64,000 nucleotides of DNA from Octopus vulgaris (taxonomy: Eukaryota). Location: assembly GCA_951406725.2 (NCBI GenBank), contig OX597838.1:35154001-35218000 (forward strand), given 5' to 3'. This document shows, piece after piece, positions 11,570-24,867 of the stretch. The translations under genes and the position numbers were made by a program. Within the stretch, counting starts at the first letter, position 1; every line of letters starts with the position of its first letter. Below the pieces are notes generated by a model, which saw only the letters and a list, made by a program, of their open reading frames with translations, did no database searches and had not been told where the DNA came from.

Positions 11570-12150
11570 GTGTGTGTATATGAGTGAGCAAATGAGTGTG
11601 TGTGTGTGTGTGTGTGTGTGTATGCATATGCATGTCAGTGTGTAAATATGTATGTACAATGTTGTGTGTGTGTGTGTGTACATACACACAGATAAATATA
11701 CTTGCATGTCTGTATGTGTATATACATATATAAATATATATGTATATAAGTATATATGCATGCTTGTATATAAGTATATATGTATGTATATATGTATGTA
11801 TATATGTATGTATATATGTATGTATATATGTATGTATATATATATGTGTATATATGTATGTATATATATATGTGTATATATGTATGTATATATATATGTG
11901 TATATATGTATGTATATATATGTGTATATATGTATGTATATATGTATACATATGTATATATATAAGTATATATGTATACATATAAGTATATATATATAAG
12001 TATATATATGTGTGTGTATATATGTATGTATATGTGTATATATGTATGTATATACGTATACATATGTATATATATAAGTATATATGTATACATATAAGTA
12101 TATATATATAAGTATATATATGTGTGTGTATATATATAAGTATATATATA

Positions 12151-12191
<41 letters not shown>

Positions 12192-12262
12192 ATATATATA
12201 AGTATATATATATGTGTGTGTATATATATAAGTATATATATATGTGTGTGTGTATATATATG

Positions 12263-12309
<47 letters not shown>

Positions 12310-12470
12310 ATATGTATGTATATATGTAAGTATGTATGTATATATGTATATATATAAGTATATATATGTAAGTATGTATGTATATATGTAAATGTATGTA
12401 TATATATAAGTATATATATATTTATGCATATAAGCATATATGCATGCTTGTACATAAGTATGCATTATAT
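11570..12470. repeat. Long degenerate (TA)/(TG)/TATG/TAAG microsatellite
   Basis: Read directly. Confidence 0.95.
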
Positions 12471-13724
12471 ACATTGTGGCATGTCACAATGTATTTTTTG
12501 TTTCATGAAAGTGAGAAGAAAACAAAACAAAAATGTAATTGCATCCTGATTAACTTGGTGACAGTATAAATTGTAGATGGAGCTAAATGGAGGGAGCTTC
12601 TGTTCCAATTTGCTCACTTCACATAAATGGAAACCAGACATTAATTCTACAGAGCCATGTGGTGAAAATTTGTGTGCAGTGAAGTATCTTTGAAAATATC
12701 TAAGAGTTAACCACTTAAGTCATAAAATGTCTAAGAACTTCAATTATGAAGTCAAGACTCTGTATGCTGAGATGTGCTGTGTTGCGTCTTCCCTTCTTTG
12801 AAAATATATATTCATAAAAGCAACATGTCTATGTACGTAGTGGTGTGTGTTTTCCTTCTTTGCTTTTATTTTTTTCCTGAATATACCAGATAGTGAAATA
12901 ATTTTTTTTTGTCTTCAAATTACATACATTTTGAATGAAAACAAAAAAAAAGTGAGTTAATTTTCATAAAGTCTGAAAAATAAAAAGATGAAAATAAATA
13001 ACTTCTTCGTTGAACTTGTTAAAACTTTAACAACTGATTGGCAGATATAGAAAGACCAAAATAAATAAATTTCAAAAAATAGGTATTAAAAAAACAAAAA
13101 AGCTCACCATATCTAATGATTGAATTCTATTGCAGAAAATTGTTATATAATGATATAACAAAAAAGAAAAAAAACAAACTCAGGTAAAAAAAAAATACTT
13201 GAAATATGACAATAATGAAAAGTGAAAGCAATCCATTGTAAATGTTATGTTATTTAAAAAAATGAAAAAATTCTATCAATGAGGTTTACCTGAATACTAT
13301 TGGGTAGAAAAACATCTTGAGATTTTGAGATTTTTGGGTTGGGGCCCTTCATTTATGATGAATAAAGTTTGAGAAAAGATTAATGATCATCTCTGCCTTG
13401 CGGTAGCAGCTAATGATAGAGGTTGTGCATAAAGTAGATAGATCTGTCTTTGTCAGTTTGACTTGTTTAGTGAAGGAAGGTACAAGTTTGATCGTGTGGT
13501 TAAGAAGATTTGTTCATGGCCCCACGTTTCCAGGTTCAACCCCACTACGTGTTACTATAAGTGTTCTTCTAATATAGCAATTCCTTATGAAGGGAATTTG
13601 ATAGATGGAAACTGTACAGAAGTGTATCGTGTGTGTATGTATATGTAACGACAAAAATAGAGGTAGAGAATTGTAATTTGATGTATATTTGTGTGTATAT
13701 ATGTTTCTGTGCATGTAGCTGTAA

Positions 13725-13757
<33 letters not shown>

Positions 13758-13913
13758 CAATAAATGGTGGGGTTGTGTTGACTGCACGTGGAGAAATGAT
13801 AAGCAAGGAAATATTGTAAAAAAGGCAGAATGCTAAATTGAAAGAAAATTTTAATGAAAATGGGTGTATGGAAACATTTTTTTGAAAAATTGATAAAATA
13901 TATATATATATAT

Positions 13914-13956
13914 TAATTCAAACCGGTTTCGTCATAATGTGACTTTTCAAGAATTG
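13914..13956 (-). ncRNA. Minimal type-I hammerhead-like motif with U3-A8 core variant
   Basis: Minus strand: aattc-TTGAAAA-gtca-catta-tgac-GAAACCGGT-T-t-gaatt. Stem I 5 bp, stem II 4 bp, self-complementary stem III ACCGGT; one extra U at the cleavage junction. Confidence 0.6.
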
Positions 13957-14519
13957 TAAAGAAAAAATTTTTTTTTAAAGTGAGGAGGGAGAAAAAAGAA
14001 AATTACATTGTTTTTTGCAAAATAATAATAATAATAATAAATATGTACAAACATTAAAAAATAGGTACTCCGATACATTGTAAAGTCTTTGTGTATCTTG
14101 AGTTTAATGATTGTTCATGAAAAAATTACCTTCAAGTATTGAGATCCAATGGGATTAAATCCATGTGTTGTTTAATTTAACTAAGGGTGTCTCAAAACAG
14201 GAAGTAGTAGTAGTTCACTTCCTGTGTTGTGAATAAGGGGAGACAACTCTATGGGTTTTAAGCTCTTCAATTTGTGTTTATCAATTTTTTGTAATAAAGG
14301 GTGTTAATAAACCTTAAATTATAAAATTATCATTTTAGCTTCATTTGCATTATCTTTTTTTATATAATTGTTTGCTAACTTAACATTCAGATTTTAACAC
14401 TTTATTTATATTGTTTTCTAATTATATAAATTTGCATAAACCAATTTATAATTACATTTCAGATTGTTATGTCATATATAATAAAAATAATAATAATAAC
14501 AACAATAATAATAATGATA

Positions 14520-14839
14520 TTTAAAGAATATAAGTTTTAGCTTGAAGTGATGACTGCATGGTATCCTTCTATATTTGTGTTAGTCCATCCATGAAGAATG
14601 AGGTAGAAAAAAAGAAGTATGATCAACGAGGAGTTTGCATATTAAGATGCGTTTTGAATTTTTCAATAAAGGGATTCTCCTTGTTAATTCTCTCCTGTGT
14701 GGTGATTCCGTCTTTACATTGGTAGAAGGGGAATATGTAGAATTTGGGATTTTTGTCTTTAGCGCATGAGTCTGTGGTCACTTTTGATGTGGGTAAGGAA
14801 AGGTTTCAAAAGGATGTCTAGGAAATTACTCGGGCGGTG
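14520..14839 (-). mobile_element. Internally deleted Penelope-like element (RT fragment fused to GIY-YIG C-terminus)
   Basis: My translation of the minus strand: 14839-14781 HRPSNFLDILLKPFLTHIK (PLE RT 'S.FLD..L.P' motif); 14772-14641 DSCAKDKNPKFYIFPFYQCKDGITTQERINKENPFIEKFKTHLN (PLE GIY-YIG tail 'R..KE..FI..F...LN'). Abuts a (TA)n array. Confidence 0.75.
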
Positions 14840-15518
14840 CTATATATATATATATATATATATATAGGTGGATAGATATGTATAAAGGGGCTCTGTAAAG
14901 TGTGACACATAACTAATGATTGGGTTCAGTAGCTAGTGTAGTATGGCATGTATTTATTGTAGGACACTGATGAGGGGAAGTGCACAATAGCCTAACATTT
15001 CTAAAACCTATGTAATTATTTCAGAATTTTGATGAAACCTGTATAGCATTAAATACCAAACCTGTTTTCTGCTTATGTGTTTGTGTGTATATAAGTGCAT
15101 ATATTTATGTGTGTATGTATGCAAAATTCAGGGTTAAGAAGTTTGCCCACTCAATTCAATTATCATGGTCTTGATTTTCATTTAGAGAGTATCCAATAAT
15201 GATATAAGCCATTTTAGAACAATATTAATATATATTTTAACGGCATAGACAAACGTGGAAGGAAAGAGCTAATTACTCTTCAAATGGCCTCCAAGACTGC
15301 TGGGAAGAGAGGGAGGGAGGAAGTTATTCTCCGATCAGAGATCTGGCCTGAATGCTTAAAACAGAGTGAATTCTGCTGAAAGTACCTGAGAGTCAGGTGT
15401 TGTTAAACCAGGTAACAGAATCGAGAGGGTATTAGATAAAGAAATGAGATTATATGATGCACAACCTATGTCACTGAGGAGCATTATCAATGCACTGAAG
15501 GCAGACATGGTAGACTTG

Positions 15519-15927
15519 ATGAGCTGGCAGAATCGTTAGCACGCCAGGCGAAATGCGTAGCTGTATTTTGTCTGCCGTTATGTTCTGAGTTCAAATTCCG
15601 TCGAGGTCGACTTTGCCCTTCATCCTTTCGGGGTCGATAAATTAAGTACCAGTTACGCACTGGGGTCGATGTAATCGACTTAATCCGTTTGTCTGTCCTT
15701 GTTTGTCTCTCTCTATGTTTAGCCCCTTGTGGGCAGTAAAGAAAAGTATTTCGTCTGCCGCTACGTTCTGAGTTCAAATTCCGCTGAGGTCGACTTTGCC
15801 CTTCATCCTTTCGGGGTCGATAAATTAAGTACCAGTTATGCACTGGGGTCGATGTAATCGACTTAATCCGTTTGTCTGTCCTTGTTTGTCCTCTCTGTGT
15901 TTAGCCCCTTGTGGGTAGTAAAGAAAC
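15519..15927 (+). mobile_element. Family-B tRNA-derived SINE with tandemly duplicated 3' body and 13-bp TSD
   Basis: TSD CATGGTAGACTTG at 15506-15518 and 15928-15940; B-box GAGTTCAAATTCC; body repeated from about 15746. Confidence 0.9.
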
Positions 15928-16417
15928 CATGGTAGACTTGGTCAGCTGAACACTACATTTGCTATCCCTTTTTATTTAGTCAGTGGTTTGCATCTTAAAG
16001 TTGTTTGGTGTAAGTAAGGCTATTGATGTCACAGCTGTTTCTGTGTATATGTGTGATATTTATTTGGACTAAGTGAGAAAGATGGTGTTTTTAATACGTT
16101 GTTGAAGTAGTGCTCTGGGGTGTTGCACACATGTTTGGATATTTGGAAGTAAAATTTCATGTAGTGATAGGGACTGTGAGGAGTTGAAACTTCAGTTACC
16201 CTTAGCTGATATTGTAAAAAAATGGATCTGAGATAGCTAAAAGGGAAATATGTAGTGTTTCTACTATCTCTTAGATATAAAAACTACATGTAAGGTTTTA
16301 ACTATCATTAAATTAGGTGAGTCACATGTAGGGTTTTTTCTCTAAAAATCACATGAAGTTTATAACTACTATTTAATTATGAAAATTATGAATAAGCTTT
16401 TAAATTATGAGAATTAA

Positions 16418-16639
16418 CCCTTTAGCACTTAAACCAGCCACATCCGGCCCAAATATGTTACCTGTTTTATGTTCTAACCAGTCAGAGCCAGTCTATCTCA
16501 CCTGCCCTTCAATGTTATTCTCAAAATATACAATCACATCATCGAAATTTCAAAGCTACAAAATAATGCATGATTAATTAAAAAAACAATGTGAATGAAA
16601 AAGCATTGCATTTGACAGAATAATCTGAAAATGAAAGAG
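16418..16639. mobile_element. piggyBac-type MITE with TTAA TSD, copy 1
   Basis: TTAA|CCCTTTAG...AAAGAG|TTAA; homologous to 33655-33873. Confidence 0.75.
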
Positions 16640-16786
16640 TTAAATCTAGGGTTTTTGGGTAGTGTTAATTTATGATGATTATAATTTCAATAGCTAGAGG
16701 CCTAATCTGCATGCAAAATTGAAGAGTATGCTTGTATGAGATGAACGGATCATATACTGAGTGGAAAGGAGACATACATGCACGTA

Positions 16787-16998
16787 GGCGGCGAGCTGGC
16801 AGAAACGTTAGCACGCCATTTCGTCTGCCGTTACGTTCTGGGTTCAAATTCCGCTGAGGTCGACTTTGCCTTTCATCCTTTTGGGGGTCGATAAATTAAG
16901 TACCAGTTACGCACTGGGGTTGATGTAATCGACTTAATCCGTTTGTCTGTCCTTGTTTGTCCCCTCTGTGTTTAGCCCCTTGTGGGTAGTAAAGAAAT
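16787..16998 (+). mobile_element. Family-B SINE with imperfect 16-bp TSD
   Basis: GGCGGCGAGCTGGCAGAAACGTTAG head; TSD agacatacatgcacgt / agatatacatgcacat. Confidence 0.9.
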
Positions 16999-18343
16999 AG
17001 ATATACATGCACATGCACACACACACACACACTATAGAAGGGGAAAATAATAACTGAGTTTAGAGGTAGGAAGGAAATATTTAAAAGCAAGTCAGAATTG
17101 TTCAGTGAGAACTCGGAGAACAGGAATTCACTGATATGGAACTGCTAAGTAGATTCTTCCTAGCCTATGCTTACTTCAGAAATCTAGATATTTCTTCAAA
17201 AGTATTGATGATGACGATAAAGAAAGATTAGTGCAGTAGTTTCTGTATCATTATGCTGGATAATTTCAATATTGCCAGCGTTATAATGTGAAGGAATATC
17301 TCGAAGAAACCAATTACATAAAATTGCACTCTTACCAGAATTGTTCTCTTACCATTCAAGTTATTAAGCCCTGTTAAACACTGCATCTCCAATCCATTGG
17401 AAAGATTTCTTTCTGAGATTACGCATTATTGGCATAATCATCATCTTTGTCCTCATTATCATCTGTCTCTTTTCTGACATTATTTTGTGTATCATCATTT
17501 ATACTATCTTTCCATCAAAATCATCACAAATTAAAAAAAAAAAAACACAAAATTATATTAAATATTTAATTAAGATTCCCTACTGCCATTAATTTTGATG
17601 CATTTCTCTCTTCTGTCAAGTTGTCTTTCTTTGGCTTGTCTTTATTACCACAATAAGCTCTGCTTTTTAAAGCACCAAATTTTTCCGTCTTCACTTATCC
17701 TTCATGTTGTCTCTCACTCCAAAATGAGACAACCCGAGCTAGACTAGTGTCCTACCTAAATGATGGAAATGTAAGATTTACCTGTCATTAAAATACATCT
17801 ACCTCTGTAAAATCTAAAGATTTTCGGCACTGTTCCCATTAAACAATAGAAATCCATACAGATATTAGCTAGAACTAGATCCACATGTTGAATGTAGCCT
17901 TCCCTCATTAAAAGAGAAAAACAACTTGGTTTTGGGTTGAGTCCCACTGCATAGAATCTTAGACAAGAATCTTTAGTAGCCTTGAGTTGGTCAAAGATTT
18001 GTGGGTGAATTCAGTGGACAGAAACAGAAAGAAGCCTGTTGTGTGTTTGATTACATTTGTGAACTTTGAAAATTATGAGCTACAAGTGTTGCTGTTAGTT
18101 ATCATGTCAACAAATCATCTGCTAGCTTTATACTCTGAAGATGAGTGAAATAAGAGATCTCTTATTATTTGAAAAACAGGTATGGTTTAGCAACAAGAAT
18201 GACAACTGGCTGAAAAACAATGCTTCAATAATATGATATTCATCTAAGCCATGTTAAATTGGAAAAAACAGATATTAAACAAACAAATGATATCTATCTA
18301 TACACATGCACGCACACACACACACACACACTATATATATATA

Positions 18344-18692
18344 TCTTTATATATAAAAGTAAGGTTGTGTATCTGTCTCCTACGATTTAGATTCCTAACT
18401 ACTCCCACATTCATATCGAGCCCTTCTGGGTATTAGCGCACGTCTACGATGAGTCTACGATTTTAAAAATAATTTACCATCATTTTTTTCCATTTTAATG
18501 CATTTTTTCGCTATTATATAAGGGAAGTAACTCTCTAAAAATGTCTACGATGAGTCAACGATTAAAAAAAATTTACCATAATTTTTTTCCCATTTTTAAT
18601 GCATTTTTTTGTTATTTTTTGGCTTTAACTCTCTAAAAATGCTTTATAGTTATTTTCCTTACAAACCTGAGCAACGCCGGGTGATACTGCTA

Positions 18693-18693
<1 letters not shown>
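18344..18693 (+). mobile_element. Non-autonomous Helitron
   Basis: 5' TC(TTTATATATAAAAG); 3' GC-rich hairpin cctgagcaacgccggg then CTAG; inserted between A and T with no TSD; internal ~75-bp tandem duplication (about 18442 and 18543). Confidence 0.85.
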
Positions 18694-18731
<38 letters not shown>

Positions 18732-18744
18732 TAATTTTTTTTAT

Positions 18745-19045
18745 GTCTCGCCAGTACTTGGTGACCCTGTCAGTGCAGGTGCCACTTAAAAGCACCCAGT
18801 CCACAATGAAAAGTGGTTGGTGCTCGGAACCTTGCCAAAACTGACCTTGCCTGTGCTTGTGCCACGTAAAAAGAACCAAGTCCACTCTGCTGAGTGGTTG
18901 GTGTTAGAAAGGGAATCCAGCTGTAAAAAACCTGCCAAAACAGTCACAGAAGTCTAGTACAGGCTTCCGCCTGGCTGACTCTTGTGAAACCATCTTACCC
19001 ATGCTAGCATGGAAGGTGGACATTAAATGATGATGATGATGATGG
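18745..19045 (+). mobile_element. Family D diverged copy
   Basis: gtgccacgtaaaaag...gtggttggtgttag...catgctagcatgg...tgatgatga. Confidence 0.7.
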
Positions 19046-19119
19046 TAAGTAACTTGACATGAGAAACCATATATACCATCTTTATTCATGATGCAAACAA
19101 TATATCTTCTTTTATCTTC

Positions 19120-19481
19120 CTTTACTTGTTTCAGTCATTTGACTGCAGCCATGCTGGAGCACTGCCTTTAGTCGAGCAAATCGACCCCGGGACTTATTCT
19201 TTGTAAGCCCAGTACTTATTCTATCGGTCTTTTTTTGCTGAACCGCTAAGTGACGTAAACAATGCTAGGGGGACAAACACAGACACACAAACACACACGG
19301 ATACATATATATATACATATATACGATATGCTTCTTTCAGTTTCCGTCTACCAAATCCACTCACATGGCATTGGTCGGCCCGGGGCTATAGCAGAAGACA
19401 CTTGCCCAAGATGCCACACAGTGGGACTGAACCCGGAACCATGTGGTTGGTTAGCAAGCTACTTACCACACAGCCACTCCC
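19120..19481 (-). mobile_element. Family-A SINE
   Basis: Matches 10008-10418 with an internal deletion. Confidence 0.9.
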
Positions 19482-20527
19482 GTTACTTGGTGATCTCACT
19501 GGTGCTGGGGCCATGTAAAGAGCACCCCATACACTTTGTAAAATGGTTGGTATTAGAAAGGGTATTGAGCTGTAGGAACTATGCTAAAGTAGACAGAAGA
19601 AATTTGCAGTCTTCTGACTTGCCAGCTTATATCAAACTGTCCAATACATGTCAGCATGGAAGGTAGATGTTAAATGATAATGGTGAAATGAAGATTTATG
19701 TATGTATATAGACACAGATGTGACTGTTTTGTTAAGGAGCTTGTTCCTAGCCATAAAACGCATGGGAAAGTGTCTTCTACCTTAGCCCGGGGCTGATCAA
19801 AGCCATGTGATTGTGTTTGAGGGAGAGAAGCTGAATAAAGTCTGTCATTTATAAATGTTTATGCATATGTGTATGTTTGTGTATGATGGTGGTATACGAG
19901 CATCACTGTTATACAAGCGGTGTTGATCATTTCCAGTCTTCCACATAAACATGTCTGGCCTTGGGGAAATATCAACTTGCTTGGAAACATTTGAGGGTTG
20001 GTGACAGCAGCAACATCCGGCCATAGAAAATCTTCTTCGACAAATTCTATAAGATCCATGCAAGCATGGAAAAGTGGATGCTGAATGATGATGATGATGA
20101 TATGGTGTTTTCTTATAACATAGAAGTGTCTAGAGTAAGCAAGTGTCTCTTTTTCAGTTTATGTGGCATGACAGAGTAACTGACAAAACAGTATTGATGT
20201 GATGTGTGGACATCCATTTACTATATTACTATATTCAAAATCATATCCGTAAGACATGCTATAACGATGAAATAATACTGGCTATTTATATATAAAATCT
20301 CTTTCAGCTCTAGGAATTTTCCATGAAAAACACTGGTGATGATTGTGGTGGTGGTGATGGGGAGGTGTGTATGTGTATGACAATCACAATATACATGATC
20401 ATGTTTTCATATTCTGAGTCTATGAGATGTGATAGTTTGTCAAATTTGACGATGACCTAATAACTGCCAATAAATATGTAAAAAAAAAAAAAAAAAATTG
20501 AACATAAGAACTCTTAACTCTTCTACA

Positions 20528-20690
20528 GGCGCAGGAGTGGCTGTGTGGTAAGTAGCTTGCTAACCAACCACATGGTTCCGGGTTCAGTCCCACTGCGTGG
20601 CTCCTTGGGCAAGTGTCTTCTGCTATAGCCCCGGGCCGATCAATGCCTTGTGAGTGGATTTGGTTGACGGAAACTGAAAGAAGCCTGTCA

Positions 20691-20735
<45 letters not shown>

Positions 20736-20925
20736 ATGTGTGTTTGTCCCCCTAGCATTGCTTGGCAACCGATGCTGGTGTGTTACGTCCCCCGTCACTT
20801 AGCAGTTCGGCAAAAGAGACCGATAGAATAAGTACTGGGCTTACAAAGAATAAGTCCCGGGGTCGACTAAAGGCAGTGATCCAGCATGGCCGCAGTCAAA
20901 TGACTGAAACAAGTAAAAGAGATAA
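20528..20925 (+). mobile_element. Family-A SINE
   Basis: Full head, internal (TA)n, tail. Confidence 0.9.
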
Positions 20926-21621
20926 GAAGGTGAGAAAGAAAGAAGAAAATGGAAGGTGGTGGTGCTTAGTTATAATGTTTGTTCATTGTTGATCAATGAA
21001 GACATCTGACTTAAAACCATGCAGCATCTCAGCTGAGGACACATTCACACAGGAAGGGGTGGGCAGGGAAAGACTCACTATTGCTCCTGCTTCTGGAACA
21101 CCCATTATGTACCCGAAACAATGGAAGGGATGTTATTTCATTGTGGCAAATGTGTGATAGCTTCGTTACCACAATGAAAGGTTCACCATATGAAGTTCCA
21201 GGAAGTTGCAGCCATAACTAATGACTAACTACCGAGGACCATAACTAACCACACAACACTCCAACAAGGGGTGTGGTTGCATGGTAGAGAGCTTATAACT
21301 CTGACTGCTCTCAACTACATTACACCTGCCATACACCTGTAACAATGGCTCTGGCAGGATTTCATTTTCACAACAAATGCACAGAATACCTCAGCCGACA
21401 CCACAAGATTTTTTAACCATTAGCTGGAGGTCTGTTTGGGTCCATAGTCTTTTTAGATACAAGTGTTAGACTAGTGCAAGTTTCGTTTTTAAATTGAGAA
21501 AGAACTGTGTGTCATCAAACTCATTCTCACTCAATATGCATGGTGACAAAATAGTCAAGACAACCCAGCTTGTATGAAAATGCAGGTGACAGTCGAAGTG
21601 GCTGAAGTGATCTTCAGTCTT

Positions 21622-22100
21622 CTTAATAGACATACAGCATCTCGAAAGAGTCCAGAAGCTGGCTACCCGCATGGTTCTTGGTCTCAAGAATTTGTCTTAT
21701 GAAGAAAGGCTGAAGACGCTCGACCTTTATTCTCTAGAAAAATGCCGCCGCCGTGGTGATCTCATTCTTGCTCACAACATCATAAGCGGAAAGTGTAACC
21801 TCTCGAAAGAGCTGTTCTTCACTCCTGCTCCAGAGCGTCGGCTGCGGGGTCACTCCAAAAAGCTCTATCTGCGACGATTTCATCTCAATCGAAGGAGAGG
21901 GGCTTTCTCCGTCCGGGTTGCAGATCCGTGGAATAAGCTGCTGGACGAGATGGTGAAGATGCCGATGACCGCTCGGTTCAAAGTCTCTCTTGACCACAAG
22001 TGGCCTGAATTTTTTACATGAACACCACCCTGTACATAACTCCATGTCCCCCTACATGGCCTTGCTTTTTGCTTTTTGAGCCAAAAAATTAACTAACTAA
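21622..22100 (+). mobile_element. 5'-truncated CR1-group LINE (ORF2 C-terminus plus short 3' UTR)
   Basis: LERVQKLATRMVLGLKNLSYEERLKTLDLYSLEK.RRRGDLI...LRGHSKKL...FSVRVADPWNKL; (AACT)n tail. Confidence 0.9.
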
Positions 22101-22481
22101 TATCATGTTACTTGGTGTGTGTCCAGGGCATATAACATCATTACAGATGTTTACTCTGCTTCATGGTCTGGAGCTGAGCATGATGGTATGTTGCAACCTG
22201 CACCAGTTAACACCATAGCCTTGGGTTTGTCCTAGTATTGGATTGAAGATTACTGGATGGACTATATGTATAATCTAAGGGTTTAGCTTTGTTGCTCCAT
22301 GTCTCAAAATTAAACCCTGAGAATTACATTGAGGATAAACTTATCAGTGGAATGTTCAGAGGGCATGGATGTGTGATTAAGATGCTCACTTTGCAACCAC
22401 ATGGTTTCGAGTTCAATCTCCCTGAGTGGCACCTTAGGCAAGCGTTTTCTACTATAGCCCTGTTATGTATATGTATGTGCA

Positions 22482-22511
<30 letters not shown>

Positions 22512-22512
<1 letters not shown>

Positions 22513-22891
22513 CATCATCATCGTTTAACGTCTGCTTTCCGTGCTAGCATAGGTTGGACGGTTCGACTGGAGTCTTGGAAGCCAGGAGGTTGCACCAGGC
22601 CAGTCAGATCTGGCAGTGTTTCTACAGCTGGATGCCCTTCCTAATGCCAACCACTCCGTGAGTGTAGTGGGTGCTTTTTACGTGCCACCGGCACAGGTGC
22701 CAGGGGAGGCTGGCAGCGGCCACGATCGGTTGGTGCTTTTTACATGCCACCGGCACAGAGGCCAGTCAAGGCGGAGCTGGCATCAGCCACGTTCGGATGG
22801 TGCTTTTTACGTGCCACCGGCACAAGTATTACAACTACTGTTTCCATTTGATATTTATTTCGATGTTTATGTACTTGACTCAATAGGTCTC

Positions 22892-22893
<2 letters not shown>
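22512..22893 (-). mobile_element. Family D copy
   Basis: (CAT)n tail and three GTGCCACCGGCAC-type repeat units. Confidence 0.85.
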
Positions 22894-22926
<33 letters not shown>

Positions 22927-23876
22927 TGTGCAAATCTTTGTGTCCCCCAACACTACTTGATAACTGGTATTGGTTTGTTTACACTCCCTTAACCCAGTGG
23001 TTCAGCAAAAGAGACATAGGATAGGTACCAGACTTTAAATATCTACTGGGGTTGATTTCTTTGATAAAATCCATCAAGGCACTGCTCCAGTATGGTCTCA
23101 GTCCAATGACTGATAGGAGTAAAAGAAGACATGTTTAAATTCAATGAGAAGTTATTCAGTTGATCAAGCAGTCAACATACAATGTCTTAGAAATTTGACA
23201 GAGATCTATTTACTTTTGTTCATATGGGACATAGTGTTCATGACATTGGAGAAGGAAGGAGAATTGAAGATCATATTTCAACCTCTTATTTTGTCTGAGA
23301 GTAAATGATATTATAAGAGGGTACAGTACTCCTTGTCTTTCAAAAGTCAATGAAAGGGGAGAACACTTACAACATAAATAGTTGCTTTCTGCACTGCAAA
23401 GGGCTTCTAAGGGTCAATGATGTGTGTCTGGTTCTATATCATTGAAATGAGAGATAAATTGCTTGCTGGATAAAGACTAAGCTTTGTAACTAGGTTTAGC
23501 AACTGACCAAAGCTGAAGTATTTTGTTCTTCTGAAGTGGAATCCTTATCTTTTTGGGATGCAGCTTTTCTTCCTTTTAGCAATGTCAACATCTGTGATGA
23601 TGTTGACATGGGAGATTACCAGAGATTGTGCCAGATGTATTTTTGATTTGTGTGCTGAGAACACAAATAGTCACTGATTCCTGTGTGTGTGAGGGTCACT
23701 TTTCACTTGTTTCATCATTCATTGGGCTGGGATTATACAGGGGCACTATCTTGAAATGTTTTATCAAACATAAAGTCTGGTACTTATTCTATTGGTCTCT
23801 TATGAGGATGTAAACATATAGCTGTGTTGAGCAGACCTAATTCCAGCCATAACTGTAAAATCATTTGTTTTTCATA

Positions 23877-24262
23877 GTGCAGGAGTGGCTGTGTGGTAAG
23901 TAGCTTGCTTATGAACCACATGGTTCTGGGTTCAGTCCCACTGCGTGGCACCTTGGGCAAGTGTCTTTTACTATAGCCTCAGGCTGACCAAAGCCTTGTG
24001 AGTGGATTTGGTAGACAGAAACTGAAAGAAGCCTGTATATGTATGTATGTGTGTGTGTATGTTTGTGTGTCTGTGTTTGTCCCCCACCAAAATCGCTTGA
24101 TAACCGATGCTGGTGTGTTTACATCCCTGTAACTTAGCGGTTTGGGAAAAAGAGACCAACAGAATAAGTACTAGGCTTACAAAGAATAAGTCCTGGGGTC
24201 GATTTGCTCGACTAAAGGCAGTGCTCCAGCATGGCCACAGTCAAATGACTGAAACAAGTAAA
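23877..24262 (+). mobile_element. Family-A SINE
   Basis: Similarity to the other copies. Confidence 0.9.
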
Positions 24263-24867
24263 AAAAAAAAAAGAAATCATTTCAATGCCCTAACAATGAT
24301 GTAATACTAGACAAAATAAAACATCCCCAACTCAATTTATTAATTCTGTTAACATACCAGAACTCAATGATTTATTTTGTCAACTAATAACCAAACAAAA
24401 TGATACTAACTCTAACTCATCTCATTCTAAAATCAACTTAATGTCTAGATTTGTATTTAAAAAAAAATGTATGGTCATGGCTCTAATTAGATCTGTTCAA
24501 TTAGATTTTGCCAAGGGCTAAACAACAAAAACAACAGTAATATTTCTCTGAAACTGGTCTTTACCTTACTGTCTTCATCTTCATCATTGTTCTAACATCC
24601 ACTTTTCCATGCTGGTATGGGTTGCACAGAGTTAATTGAGGCAGATGTTTCGTGGTTGGATGCTCTTCCTGTTGCCAACTCTTTACTCTTTTACTTGTTT
24701 CAGCAAACTAATATATTTCTGTAGTCAGGCATGTTTTCACGGGATATAAAAAATGAATGACACTGCCTTTGTGAGGGCGATGCTGATTCACAATTATCAC
24801 ATAATGTAAAGTCAAGGAGATGCAAAAAAAAAAAAAGCATACAACACATAAACATATATACCTAGAC

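Noticed and set aside
14962-15025. CTGATGA-ggggaagtg...catttct-AAAAC-ctat-GTA hammerhead candidate
   Set aside because: G12 is mutated and stem I cannot form; possibly a very old relic but too degenerate to call.
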